Assembly: GCA_046756925.1 (NCBI GenBank)
Contig: JBHHXH010000003.1
Location: 1-62,749 of the forward strand
From: Nitrospiria bacterium
GTDB taxonomy: Bacteria > Nitrospirota > Nitrospiria > SBBL01 > JAADHI01
Reading direction: 5' to 3'
Length of the DNA stretch: 62,749 nt
Below, piece by piece: positions 18,373 through 27,861 of the stretch; positions within the stretch are counted from its first letter, which is position 1; each line of letters starts with the position of its first letter. The notes beneath the pieces were generated by a model, which saw only the letters and a program-made list of their open reading frames with translations, had not been told where the DNA came from and did no database searches. The translations under genes and the position numbers were made by a program.

Positions 18373-19661
18373 TTAATAAGCGAAATGAGCCCCTTTTCTT
18401 CATACTTTTGGATGTATCGATACAAGCGGTCGTATTCGATCTCATGTTTTTCGGCGATATCAAAAATGCTCGTCTCCCCGTCGAAGTACCGGATAAGGCA
18501 GTTCATGAGGTGATTCCATTTCTTTTGGTCTTCCGGCACCGTCGGCCGGATGCTTGGGTCAAAAGTCGAAATATAGAGATCGTATTTGGGGTTGCTCAAG
18601 GCAACAAGCCCCTTGAAGTGCCGCTTCATTGTTGTATTGGTTTCGAGGATGCTGAGGATGCCCACAACGGCGTCGACGGCCTCTTCCAATTTTTCTTCGA
18701 AGATGATGTTTTCGGTATCCAGGCTCGAATGGTATTCGGGGTAAGGCATGCGCGAGAGGGAGATGCAGGGAATTTCATAGCCGGGGGCCTCCCAGACCGT
18801 CTCGTCGTTTCCAACGATTTTTCTAAAGGCATCCCCGTGGTAAGTGGAATGGCATCGCTTCAGATAGTGATGCGCGGCCCGATCGAGCAGCGTTTTGCCC
18901 GTGAAAGATTCCTGCAGGGCCAGGCGATTCTTGTTGCCCAGCATTTCGAGAAACATGGCGTATTTGAAGGTGCGGCATACCTTGTCGGAGAGACCGTTCA
19001 GATAGAAGATCGTCCCGAAGTGTTCCGGGGCGATAATGAGGCGGTAACTGAAGCGCCGTCTTTCCAGTTGCATCAATCGTTTCATCGCCTCCATGCCGAC
19101 GACCATCCCGGCGATATCGTCGTTCGCCTGCGCCGGGTGGCAGTTATGCGCATTGAGGATGATCGTATCGTCCGTCTCTCCGGCCAGAAAATAGTCGAGG
19201 ACCTTCATCGTACCGTCTTCAGTCACCGTTTCCAGTTCCACCTCGTAGTCCCCTTCGGGAAGGGATCGGTACAGATGGTAGGGCACGCAGAGCCCCCAGT
19301 CCTTGAGCCAGGGTTTGTAGTAATAATCGCAGTGATACACCAGGGCCTCGGCATAGTTTGGATGATAAAAGAGATGCTTTTTGAGTTCCGACAGGGGCAC
19401 CGTCCCTTTGAAGGAGGGGGAATAGCCGGCGACGCCCAGGGGATGCTGCATACCGTCGTAGATCAACTTTCCATCCTTTCTTATTTCCGCCTTTACTGCC
19501 TTCCATTTCTGGGGCACCGTCCAGCCGTTGTGTTCCAGACCGGACCGGTACTCATGGACCTTAAAGGGAAGGACATTACACAGCATGGATGCCCCTTTAT
19601 CAGCATCTTCAGACACCGGCGCCCATCGCAGGGGATAGAGCGTTTTAAGCAGATCAATCAT
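18369..19661 (-). CDS. DUF4910/DUF2172 aminopeptidase-like domain protein (COG4310-type)
   Basis: HEYRSGLEHNGWTVPQKWKAVKAEIRKDGKLIYD...GYSPSFKGTVPLSELKKHL matches the family pattern. A C-terminal winged-helix-like tail is present. This family is common in sugar-modification loci. Confidence 0.65.
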   Translation of the reverse strand: MIDLLKTLYPLRWAPVSEDADKGASMLCNVLPFKVHEYRSGLEHNGWTVPQKWKAVKAEIRKDGKLIYDGMQHPLGVAGYSPSFKGTVPLSELKKHLFYHPNYAEALVYHCDYYYKPWLKDWGLCVPYHLYRSLPEGDYEVELETVTEDGTMKVLDYFLAGETDDTIILNAHNCHPAQANDDIAGMVVGMEAMKRLMQLERRRFSYRLIIAPEHFGTIFYLNGLSDKVCRTFKYAMFLEMLGNKNRLALQESFTGKTLLDRAAHHYLKRCHSTYHGDAFRKIVGNDETVWEAPGYEIPCISLSRMPYPEYHSSLDTENIIFEEKLEEAVDAVVGILSILETNTTMKRHFKGLVALSNPKYDLYISTFDPSIRPTVPEDQKKWNHLMNCLIRYFDGETSIFDIAEKHEIEYDRLYRYIQKYEEKGLISLIK

Positions 19662-20688
19662 GGTTGACCAGACCCTCCGTATCGTAGGAGGCTTGATAAG
19701 ACATGGACGCTTCCAAATATTGAACCGGCGTGTGAAAACGCTGCCCGGCCTTCAGCTCCGGCACGAGGTCTTTTCCGTTTTCGGCCAAGATCCCTTCAAC
19801 GACGATGCTGCCGGAACGCGTGGCGATCAATGCCGAAGGTCCGGACACCCTGTAGACGAGCCCGGATAGAAAGGGATGCGATGAAAAGTTGACGGGCGCG
19901 ACTTGACACCTTTTCAAAAAGACCCTTTGGCCGCCGAGAAAGGTCGAAGCCCCTGGATAGGGATCGTCGAAGGCGCAGATAAAGCGCGCGATTTCATCCC
20001 GATGCCAAGACCAGTCGATAAAGGCCTGTTTTATGGTTGAAAGCCGAGGGAAATAGCTGCGGTTCGCTTCATTAAGCGGGACCGGGGCGAATGTTTTGTC
20101 CGACTGGATTTCGTCCATAAATTCGATAAACAATTTGAGCCCTTCCTCATGCGCCAGTTGAAAATAATCCTTTGGAATGCGGGCCCAACTCGGAATTCCA
20201 TATTCCCGCGTCTTGATCAATTCCCCGGAATCGAACACGCCCGGCACCATTTCGTCGTTGATCACCTGTATATTCCAACATCCGACCTTGTCTTCTCTCA
20301 AGATCTGCCAAGTGAAATGCGCCCCGCCACGGTACTGCGGCAGCCGGATGACCATGAAGTCGAACAGCCTGCCTTGAAATCGCGCGATCGTCTCCTTGTC
20401 GAATCGATAGGTCTCTCCGAGGCCGATGCCCATCGTTTTTTCCGACACAAGCGATTGGAGTTCCGGTGAGACGTTGACATCCCTTGCATGAACCGTTGGG
20501 ATCGACGCCACGTCGAGGGCTGCTTCGAGACACAGGCCATCCTCATTGCTCAGCTGTTCTTCAAGGTGTCTTTTCACGGCAAAAACCGTTGGTTGAATCC
20601 CTCTTTTAAGGGCTTCCTTGGCAAAGGCAACCATCAAAGGACCACCGCCGAAAAGTGCCAATTTTTCTATCGGACCAATCTTCATCAT
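19654..20688 (-). CDS. formyltransferase-fold (Fmt-like) protein
   Basis: RLPQYRGGAHFTWQIL aligns by eye with the Fmt SLLPRWRGAAPI motif. Start is placed at the Met pair (20688/20685) after the GNAT stop at 20702. The track ORF start at 20739 overlaps the GNAT gene. Confidence 0.65.
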   Translation of the reverse strand: MMKIGPIEKLALFGGGPLMVAFAKEALKRGIQPTVFAVKRHLEEQLSNEDGLCLEAALDVASIPTVHARDVNVSPELQSLVSEKTMGIGLGETYRFDKETIARFQGRLFDFMVIRLPQYRGGAHFTWQILREDKVGCWNIQVINDEMVPGVFDSGELIKTREYGIPSWARIPKDYFQLAHEEGLKLFIEFMDEIQSDKTFAPVPLNEANRSYFPRLSTIKQAFIDWSWHRDEIARFICAFDDPYPGASTFLGGQRVFLKRCQVAPVNFSSHPFLSGLVYRVSGPSALIATRSGSIVVEGILAENGKDLVPELKAGQRFHTPVQYLEASMSYQASYDTEGLVNHD

Positions 20689-20701
20689 CGATGCCGTCCG
20701 C

Positions 20702-21229
20702 CTAATCCCGCAACTTTTCCACGAGCACCTCGTCCACATAGCCCCCCTTGTAAAAGCGGTGACATTTCATTCTGCCCGCCTCACGCCATCCCGCCTTGAG
20801 AAAGGCCTTGTGGCTTCCGATATTGTTGGCATAGAGTCCCGCCACGACCTTCTGAAGGTTGAGCTCCTTGAACGCATAAGTTGTCGCCATTTGAATGGCT
20901 TCAGTCCCGATCCCTTGTCCCCGCATCGATTGTTCTCCAATCAGGAGACCGATGTCCGCGAAGCGGTGAAGTGGAGCGATCCCGCCGATTTTGATGTTGC
21001 CGATCTGCCGGCCATCCTCCAATAAAAAAATGCCGAATAAATAAGCATTCGGATCCTCATTGAGGGTCTTTACGTAGGCCTTCAGCGCATCCAGTCCATA
21101 GACCGTCCATCGGCTCTCCAGAAACTGAATCACCGCTTCATCCTGCATCCAATCGATGTAAACCGGGGTCACATCATCAGGAGACAAGAGCTTTAAATAG
21201 ATCCGTTTTCCCGTCACGCGCATATCCAC
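20702..21229 (-). CDS. GNAT family N-acetyltransferase (RimJ/RimL-like)
   Basis: 175 aa. Acetyl-CoA motif RGQGIGTEAIQMATTYAF and C-terminal KAGWREAG. Confidence 0.8.
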   Translation of the reverse strand: MDMRVTGKRIYLKLLSPDDVTPVYIDWMQDEAVIQFLESRWTVYGLDALKAYVKTLNEDPNAYLFGIFLLEDGRQIGNIKIGGIAPLHRFADIGLLIGEQSMRGQGIGTEAIQMATTYAFKELNLQKVVAGLYANNIGSHKAFLKAGWREAGRMKCHRFYKGGYVDEVLVEKLRD

Positions 21230-21234
21230 TCCCT

Positions 21235-21996
21235 TCAGGCGTCCCGCACGGGCACCTTTTTCCCTGTTAGATAGGCCTTGATCCGCACGATATCGTAATC
21301 CCTTAAAAACAGCATCTTCCCGACGGCGGCCGCATCGCAGTCGCTCTGCTGAAAAAGCGACACCAGGTCGTCATAACAACCGGCGCCGCCCGATGCAATC
21401 AACGGGACATGGATAAAGGACCTCACATCTTGGTAAAGCGCATTGTCGTAACCGTTTAGGCTTCCCTCTCGATCGATGACCGTGAGCAGGACTTCGCCCG
21501 CCCCGTTTGAGATAAGCTGTTTGAGTACCGTCTCGAAATTGACATCGACCTTTTGTTTTCCAGAAAAGACATAAGGTGCGTAGTCGCCGTCCGCGGCCTT
21601 TTTCACATCCAATGAAACAACGACGGACTGCGCGCCGAATTCCGCCGCCAGTTCGCCGACCAGGGATGGATTGAGGACGGCATGGGTATTGACGACAATC
21701 TTGTCGGCCCCTGCTTCGAAACAGCGTCTGGCCTCTTTGACATTCCGGATGCCGCCACCCGCGGCAATCGGCAGGCGGCAGCGGCGGATCATGTGATCGA
21801 TCACCTCCGTATTGACCACCCTCCCCTCTCGGGAGGCGTCGATATCGACCAGAATGATTTCGTCCGCGCCTTGTGCGTCATAAATCATCGCCTGGGAAAG
21901 CGGATCACCCACGTCGGACAATTCGCCGAACCGCCTTCCTTTCACCAGGCGGTTCCCCTTCAATAAAAATAGCGGGATGATTCTTTTCCGGATCAC
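21235..21996 (-). CDS. HisF-like imidazole glycerol phosphate synthase cyclase subunit paralogue (WbuZ-type)
   Basis: IIPLFLLKGNRLVKG, DEIILVDIDASREG, LPIAAGGGIR and IPLIASGGAG. Located in a glycan locus next to the HisH-like and amidotransferase genes. Confidence 0.85.
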   Translation of the reverse strand: MIRKRIIPLFLLKGNRLVKGRRFGELSDVGDPLSQAMIYDAQGADEIILVDIDASREGRVVNTEVIDHMIRRCRLPIAAGGGIRNVKEARRCFEAGADKIVVNTHAVLNPSLVGELAAEFGAQSVVVSLDVKKAADGDYAPYVFSGKQKVDVNFETVLKQLISNGAGEVLLTVIDREGSLNGYDNALYQDVRSFIHVPLIASGGAGCYDDLVSLFQQSDCDAAAVGKMLFLRDYDIVRIKAYLTGKKVPVRDA

Positions 21997-22604
21997 GCAA
22001 GGGTCTCCACGACATTCTTGAGAAACCGGAGACCGTCCCCCTGACTCTTCTCCGGGTGAAACTGCACGCCGACAATATGGTCCTTCCTGATACTTGAAAC
22101 GATCGAGGAACTGCCATATTGGGTGGTCGCCGCAACGACCTCCGTTTCTTCCGGGATAAATCGATAGCTGTGCATAAAATAAAACGCGAGAGACCGAATC
22201 CCCCGGAACAAACCATCATTGATCGGCGCCACCGCGTTCCAACCCATGTGCGGAAGTCGAAGGGCCTCCCCTTGAATCTTTTCGACGCGTCCCTTGATCC
22301 ACCCGAATCCGGCATTCTCGCCATCTTCATAACTGACATCGCCGAAGAGCTGCATACCCAGGCAGATGCCGAGCAGCGGTTTTTTCTTGATTTGGACCGA
22401 TTCGTTCAAAGAATCCCAAAAATCGAGGGTCTTCAGCCGATGCACCGCCGTCGTGAAATTCCCAACGCCGGCCAATACAATCATGTCGACCGCATCCAAT
22501 TCTTTCGGATGGCTCACCAGACGCACATCGTATCGATAAAACTGGAACGCACTGTAAACCGAACCAACATTTCCGATACTATAATTCACGATACCGACCT
22601 TCAT
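21993..22604 (-). CDS. HisH-like glutamine amidotransferase subunit (WbuY-type)
   Basis: Start MKVGIVNYSIGN at 22604 forms an ATGA overlap with the upstream stop. Has the Cys nucleophile motif GICLGMQLF and GVQFHPEKS. Confidence 0.85.
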   Translation of the reverse strand: MKVGIVNYSIGNVGSVYSAFQFYRYDVRLVSHPKELDAVDMIVLAGVGNFTTAVHRLKTLDFWDSLNESVQIKKKPLLGICLGMQLFGDVSYEDGENAGFGWIKGRVEKIQGEALRLPHMGWNAVAPINDGLFRGIRSLAFYFMHSYRFIPEETEVVAATTQYGSSSIVSSIRKDHIVGVQFHPEKSQGDGLRFLKNVVETLA

Positions 22605-23743
22605 GCCCGCTCCCGGTACCACAGTTCCTGATCCCACAACTTCGGCCCATCGGGCAGTGTGATCGGATCGATCCTTTTCGCCGGCGGGATCACATGTTTG
22701 AGGACAATGGCGTTGAAGGTCTCCTCCGTCATGTCGAGATATTCCAAAAAGACTTCCAGGCTCCTCGGTTTTCTCGGTTCGTATTTTTCAATCAGGGCCA
22801 GGGCTTCATCCCGCATCATGCGGCCATGTTTGATATCCAACGTGGTCAGATGCGTGATCCGTGAAAACCCCCGCTTTAGATATTTGATATAGTCCCGCAT
22901 CCCTTGAAACATGCACTCGATCTTTTCATAGGTCGGGCCGGGCAGGGCGCTTTCTATTTCATCCTCCTCCCACCCCAGCTTCACCTTGTTGATCTCCACC
23001 TGTTTTTGAACATCCCATGGAATGAAATTACCGAGGGGCAGGCTCTTGACCCCCGCGGCATCCAGCTCCCTTTTCGTCGGATAGATATAGGGCTCCAGAT
23101 CCCGCAACGCGCATCCGATAAAGCCGGCCATGTCTTCCGCACGCATCCCCATGATGATGCGGCGGTTGTATTTCCACTCGTTGGTTTCCTCCAGGTCCTG
23201 ATATTTGAAGTAGGCCTCGTACTCCCCACCCCCTTCCCCCCAGATCACCAGCGGGATGCCGAGCTTAACGGCCATCTTCATCGGATAGGAAAAGATACCT
23301 GCATGGCAGTGCCAGCAAAAATCCCCCCGTCGGATCAGGGCCTCCAGCATCAAGCGCTTGACGATCTTCCAGTTCGGCGTGAAGGTCATCACATCGACGC
23401 CGAGGGTCCTGAAGGTCCGTGTGCGGTTCTCGATCGTCCTGGGACGATAAAATCCATGATCGAAGGAAACGACCAGGGGCTTCATGCCGTATTTTTTCAC
23501 GATGGCCCACAGGGTATAGGTCGAGTCCTTTCCGCCGCTGAAGGGCAGGATGCAATCGTAAGGCGCATCCGTTCGTTTGGCTGCTTCGATGACCTTTAGG
23601 AGACCTCTTTCACGTTCCTGCCAGTCGATCTCTTTCTCTTTCGTTTCCCAGTTCCGGCAGATGTTGCAGACCCCTTCGTCATCGAAGTAAAGGGTTTCCC
23701 AGGTCACCGGCAGTGTGCAGCGAAGGCATCTCTCTATGGCCAT
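22601..23743 (-). CDS. N-acetyl sugar amidotransferase (WbpG/WbuX/PseA-like, PP-loop)
   Basis: N-terminal Cys4 (CLRCTLP...GVCNIC) followed by PP-loop SGGKDSTY. 380 aa. Confidence 0.85.
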   Translation of the reverse strand: MAIERCLRCTLPVTWETLYFDDEGVCNICRNWETKEKEIDWQERERGLLKVIEAAKRTDAPYDCILPFSGGKDSTYTLWAIVKKYGMKPLVVSFDHGFYRPRTIENRTRTFRTLGVDVMTFTPNWKIVKRLMLEALIRRGDFCWHCHAGIFSYPMKMAVKLGIPLVIWGEGGGEYEAYFKYQDLEETNEWKYNRRIIMGMRAEDMAGFIGCALRDLEPYIYPTKRELDAAGVKSLPLGNFIPWDVQKQVEINKVKLGWEEDEIESALPGPTYEKIECMFQGMRDYIKYLKRGFSRITHLTTLDIKHGRMMRDEALALIEKYEPRKPRSLEVFLEYLDMTEETFNAIVLKHVIPPAKRIDPITLPDGPKLWDQELWYRERA

Positions 23744-23754
23744 CCGTTTTCTCC

Positions 23755-25797
23755 TTATACGCTCCGGAAGACCGGTTGCAATGTTTCTCCCTGAATCAAG
23801 TCATCGATCATCCGGTACGCGATGGCATAGCGGATGATGTCGAATACCTCTTCATAGACCGACAGGGTCATTTCAATCATGGACGCATCGTGCGGCAAAG
23901 CCAGGTTGTGAGCGCCTGTAAAGAGGATGCCTCGCCGCACACATTCTTGTTGAAACAAAGTCTTCACTTTTAGCGTGTCTTCTTCTTTTATATTTAAAAA
24001 AGACCGAACGGGATATCCTTCGATCGAAAAAGTGTGATGCATCTCTTTGGCGTCGATCAAATTCGATATGCCGGTTTTCAACATTTCACCCCTGGTCCAG
24101 AGCGTGTCGGTCACACTCTGCTCTTGGATATATTTTATGGTGGCAATCGCCGATGCGATCGAAGCGGTTTCTCCGCCAAAGGTCGTGGAGAAGAAGACTT
24201 CGTCAAAGCGTTCCATGATTTCCTTCTTTCCGACAAGCGCCGAAATGGGCAGACCGTTTCCCATGGCCTTGCCGAAACAAGCGAGGTCGGGAATGACACC
24301 GAAGTAAGTCTGACTGCCGCCCAGTGAAAACCGAAAACCGGTCACCACCTCATCATATATCAAGACGGCGCCGTGCTGATGCGCCAATGCCTTGACTTTT
24401 TCCAAAAAAGCGCCCTCAGGTGTTTCAAGGCTCACCGGCTCCATAATGACGCAAGCAATCTCTCCGGGATGTTCCAAAAACAGCTGTTCCAAAGTGTCAA
24501 TCCGGTTATAGGAAAAACACAGGGTCAATGGTCGGATATCGGGAGGGATGCCTTCGTTGCGTGTCGTGGATGCAATATACCAATCCTGCCAGCCGTGGTA
24601 ACCACAACAGGCAACCTTGTCTCTCCCGGTATAGGCCCGCGCGACCCTGATGGCGGCCGAAGTAACGTCGGATCCATTTTTCCCCAATCGCACCATCTCC
24701 GCACAAGGAATGATCTCGCATAGCATTTTCGATAATTCGTATTCCAGGCGGTGGGGCAAGGTATAACTGCAGCCGAGGTGCAGCTGTTCGACCGCCGCCG
24801 CCACAATCGGCTCAAAGGCGTAGCCAAGGATGCAGGCTCCCAATCCCATCGTAAAATCGATATAACGATTGCCGTCGAGGTCGTACAGCCACGCGCCTTC
24901 TCCCGCTTTAACATAAAGCGGGGCCGCCCCCTTGCTGAATTGGAGTGACGACTTGCTGAAGGTTTGAGATGCGCCGGGAATGATCTGCGTCACGGTCTGA
25001 TGATGTTTCATCGTTTCATCGAGCTTCAAAGGCGGGGCAAGGCGAGATTGGATCCAACGCGCATCTTTCTCGGCTGAAGCCCTATTCCCGAATCCGACTT
25101 TTGAAGCCATGCCGGAATGGACCAGGTCGGGAGAACGCTTGATCAGAGCGGCAACGTCATCGTAGCTGAAATCGGATCGATTCAGGCGGCCCAGAATCCG
25201 TGCGATCGTCTCGGCATCCTCACGATCGTCGAGGCTGAGATGAACCCAAGACAAGTCTTCATCGCGATAGTCGGCGAAGACTTTCCTGAATCGTTTCGCC
25301 TTTTTAATCCATGGAGTCACATGCTCCCGCTCCGATGGCAAGGCTGCATGCCGGGCGGCCTCCAGAAGGGCTTCTCCGGAGATGACCTCGACATCGAATC
25401 CATCGATCATATGGGTAAAGGTAAAATAATCGACCGGGTCCTTGATGAACCGTTCGAGCGCATCGGACACCATGGCCCCGTCCGTCAAAAGACAATCGCC
25501 GGTAATCCGCACAACCGTGTCCAGTTTAAAGGACCTCACCGCGGTCGCAAAGCGGCTCAACACATCCTGAACATCCCCTCGAACAATATGCCATCCTTCC
25601 TTTTTCGCCGTATCGGCCAGGATGTCGTCTTCCGGTTCAACCGTGGTGGCAAGAATCCGATACTCGCAATCGATGGTTGCGCAGCGTGACAACACCCAGG
25701 CCAGCGCGGATCGCCCATGAAAACGATGCAGCATTTTTTGGGGGTAACGCCGCGATCCATTTCTTGCTTGGACAATGATGCCTCGCGTCATATCCAT
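23755..25797 (-). CDS. fusion of a SpsF-like cytidylyltransferase domain and a class-III (GSA aminomutase-like) aminotransferase domain
   Basis: N-terminus GIIVQARNGSRRYPQKML is SpsF/CMP-sugar-synthetase-like. C-terminal ~430 aa have YHGWQDW, LIYDEVVTGFRF and FGKAMGNGLPISA. Start placed at the Met at 25797, 1 nt after the AKR stop. Confidence 0.75.
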   Translation of the reverse strand: MDMTRGIIVQARNGSRRYPQKMLHRFHGRSALAWVLSRCATIDCEYRILATTVEPEDDILADTAKKEGWHIVRGDVQDVLSRFATAVRSFKLDTVVRITGDCLLTDGAMVSDALERFIKDPVDYFTFTHMIDGFDVEVISGEALLEAARHAALPSEREHVTPWIKKAKRFRKVFADYRDEDLSWVHLSLDDREDAETIARILGRLNRSDFSYDDVAALIKRSPDLVHSGMASKVGFGNRASAEKDARWIQSRLAPPLKLDETMKHHQTVTQIIPGASQTFSKSSLQFSKGAAPLYVKAGEGAWLYDLDGNRYIDFTMGLGACILGYAFEPIVAAAVEQLHLGCSYTLPHRLEYELSKMLCEIIPCAEMVRLGKNGSDVTSAAIRVARAYTGRDKVACCGYHGWQDWYIASTTRNEGIPPDIRPLTLCFSYNRIDTLEQLFLEHPGEIACVIMEPVSLETPEGAFLEKVKALAHQHGAVLIYDEVVTGFRFSLGGSQTYFGVIPDLACFGKAMGNGLPISALVGKKEIMERFDEVFFSTTFGGETASIASAIATIKYIQEQSVTDTLWTRGEMLKTGISNLIDAKEMHHTFSIEGYPVRSFLNIKEEDTLKVKTLFQQECVRRGILFTGAHNLALPHDASMIEMTLSVYEEVFDIIRYAIAYRMIDDLIQGETLQPVFRSV

Positions 25798-25798
25798 C

Positions 25799-26686
25799 TC
25801 AATGCGCCCAATGGTAGGGCAGCAGAATCCGCTCGTCGTCAATCGCAAACGTTTTCCATAAAGGTCCTATCCTTCGATAAGCGGCCCGGTATCGCTCCGA
25901 AAGACAGGCAATATTCCGATTAAAATGGGCCAGCGTATCGACACCGATAATGATGCCGTCTAAGAAACGATTGGACAGTCCGAATAAGAGGGGCAGACTT
26001 TCGAACGGCAAAGCTGCGGCTTCGGATATTTCTCTTAACCTGGCCAGTTTTTCTTTCACCTTCAAAAAAGGACCGACGAGCTTCGCGTCATCAAGAAAAA
26101 ACAAGCCTTGCAAAAAAGCGGAACGTCCAAACAAGGTAAACCCATCTTTTTTAAGCCTTTCAAGCAGTGCTCCGGCAAGAAAACGTTGGTCAAACAGATT
26201 CACAGGAAACGCGAAGGCCATTTCCTCGTGGGCTTCATCGGCAATCTGCTTCATTTCTTCCGGATGATAAACGGACACGCCGTATTGTCCAATGACCTTC
26301 TTCCTTTTATAGCCCTGCAGAACGGGAAGTATTCGATCTCTATACTTCCGGTAGTCCTGAAAAGAATGCATCAAGAGGATATCAATCGACGGTATCTGCA
26401 ATCGATGTAAAGATATTGCGATGGCTTCTTCCACCGCCTCGGGCGTGGAATAGTCCTGCTCGCGAAGTTTTGATATCACCTTAAAGACCTTTCCGTTTCG
26501 TTTTAAAAATCCTCCAATGCGTGCTTCGGCATCCCCATACGCTTGGGCCGTGTCTATCCCCCAAATCCCGCCCGCCTGGGCGGTGGTCAAAATCCGGTGG
26601 ATCCGGCTGCGATCGAGCTGGCGGCCGTTTGCGATCCCATAATTCAATCCGAAATTTGCCGTTCCGAGCACCAGCTTATCCTTCAT
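25799..26686 (-). CDS. aldo/keto reductase family oxidoreductase
   Basis: MKDKLVLGTANFGLNYG N-terminal AKR signature. The start at 26686 gives an ATGA overlap with the pseC stop. The track start at 26803 is an upstream extension. Confidence 0.8.
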   Translation of the reverse strand: MKDKLVLGTANFGLNYGIANGRQLDRSRIHRILTTAQAGGIWGIDTAQAYGDAEARIGGFLKRNGKVFKVISKLREQDYSTPEAVEEAIAISLHRLQIPSIDILLMHSFQDYRKYRDRILPVLQGYKRKKVIGQYGVSVYHPEEMKQIADEAHEEMAFAFPVNLFDQRFLAGALLERLKKDGFTLFGRSAFLQGLFFLDDAKLVGPFLKVKEKLARLREISEAAALPFESLPLLFGLSNRFLDGIIIGVDTLAHFNRNIACLSERYRAAYRRIGPLWKTFAIDDERILLPYHWAH

Positions 26687-27861
26687 ATATCCTCCGGAAT
26701 CCGACTGACGGTGTCCATCACATACTCGACATCCTCCGGCCGCATGCCTGGATAAATCGGAAGGCTGATCTCCCGTGCGTAGAAATCTTCGGCATCCGGA
26801 CACAAGCCTTTTCGGTAACCAAGGCCCCGATAATAAGGTTGGAGGTAGATCGGTATGTAATGGATTTGCACCTGGATACCGGCAGCCATCAAATACCGGA
26901 CGATGGCCTGCTTCCGGGTTTTATAAAAATCCTTCAAGCGGATGGGATAGAGATGGTAAGCGGCATAGACGTGACGCCGTTCGACCGGGCAATCGAAAAG
27001 AGGATTGCCTTCGAAGGCGTCGTCATACAAACCGGCAATCTCCCGTCTTCGCTGGATAAAGCGTTCGCTCTTTTTCAGTTGAGAACAACCCAAGGCGGCT
27101 TGAATATCGGTCATTCGGTAGTTAAACCCGAGGGATTGCATTTCGTAATACCAAGGTCCATCCGGTTTGTTGAGAAATCCATCCCGAACCACGCCATGCT
27201 CCCTAAGTTGAATCAATCGATTGTAAAAACCCTTGTCGTTCGTCGTAATCGCGCCCCCTTCTCCAGTCGTAATCTGCTTCACGGGATGAAAGCTGAAAAC
27301 CGTGAGATCGGAATACGACCCGATGCGTCTCCCCGACACCTCCGCGCCCAAGGCATGGCAGGCATCCTCGATCACAACCAACCGATGCTGGTCCGCAATT
27401 TTCGTAATTTCTTTCATGTCGCATGGAAACCCCGCAAAATGCACCGGAACAATCGCCTTGAGACGCTTGTTTTCGGATAGGGCGGACGTACAGATTTCCG
27501 CGATCCTCTCAGGTTGGATATTTCCGGATGTAGGGTCCACATCGGCAAACACGGGCCCGGCGCCGACATAGACGGCGGCATTGGCGGTCGCCAGAAAACT
27601 GATCGGACTCGTAATCACGGCCTCTCCCCTTCGAAGGCCGGCGGCAAGATAGGCCAAGTGAAGCGCTGCGGTCCCGGAAGAACAAGCGACGGCATACCTT
27701 GCACCGCAATACTCCGCAAAGGCCGCTTCGAAGCGGCCGACACGCGATCCTTGGGTGAGGCGGTCGGATTTCAGGACATCGACAACCGCCCTGACATCAT
27801 CCTCTTCAATAGTTTGCCGCCCGTAGGGGATGCTCTGTATCCGTGATAGGGTCCGTGACAT
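26683..27861 (-). CDS. pseC: UDP-4-amino-4,6-dideoxy-N-acetyl-beta-L-altrosamine transaminase (DegT/DnrJ/EryC1 family)
   Basis: IPYGRQTIEEDD, SSGTAALHLA and PLP-lysine context SFHPVKQITTGEGG. Immediately follows pseB. Confidence 0.85.
   Translation of the reverse strand: MSRTLSRIQSIPYGRQTIEEDDVRAVVDVLKSDRLTQGSRVGRFEAAFAEYCGARYAVACSSGTAALHLAYLAAGLRRGEAVITSPISFLATANAAVYVGAGPVFADVDPTSGNIQPERIAEICTSALSENKRLKAIVPVHFAGFPCDMKEITKIADQHRLVVIEDACHALGAEVSGRRIGSYSDLTVFSFHPVKQITTGEGGAITTNDKGFYNRLIQLREHGVVRDGFLNKPDGPWYYEMQSLGFNYRMTDIQAALGCSQLKKSERFIQRRREIAGLYDDAFEGNPLFDCPVERRHVYAAYHLYPIRLKDFYKTRKQAIVRYLMAAGIQVQIHYIPIYLQPYYRGLGYRKGLCPDAEDFYAREISLPIYPGMRPEDVEYVMDTVSRIPEDI

Noticed and set aside
18408-19667. 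419-aa plus-strand ORF. Similar long antisense ORFs are at 43053-44417 (454 aa), 26521-27480 (319 aa), 17140-17898, 22904-23599, 12824-13429, 14538-15119 and 25117-25689.
   Set aside because: Each is the mirror frame of a minus-strand gene with clear family motifs (DUF4910, bioB, pseC, pseG/H, amidotransferase and others). Their translations are Arg/Gly/His/Pro-rich low-complexity with no motifs. They are typical stop-poor antisense frames in moderately GC-rich DNA.
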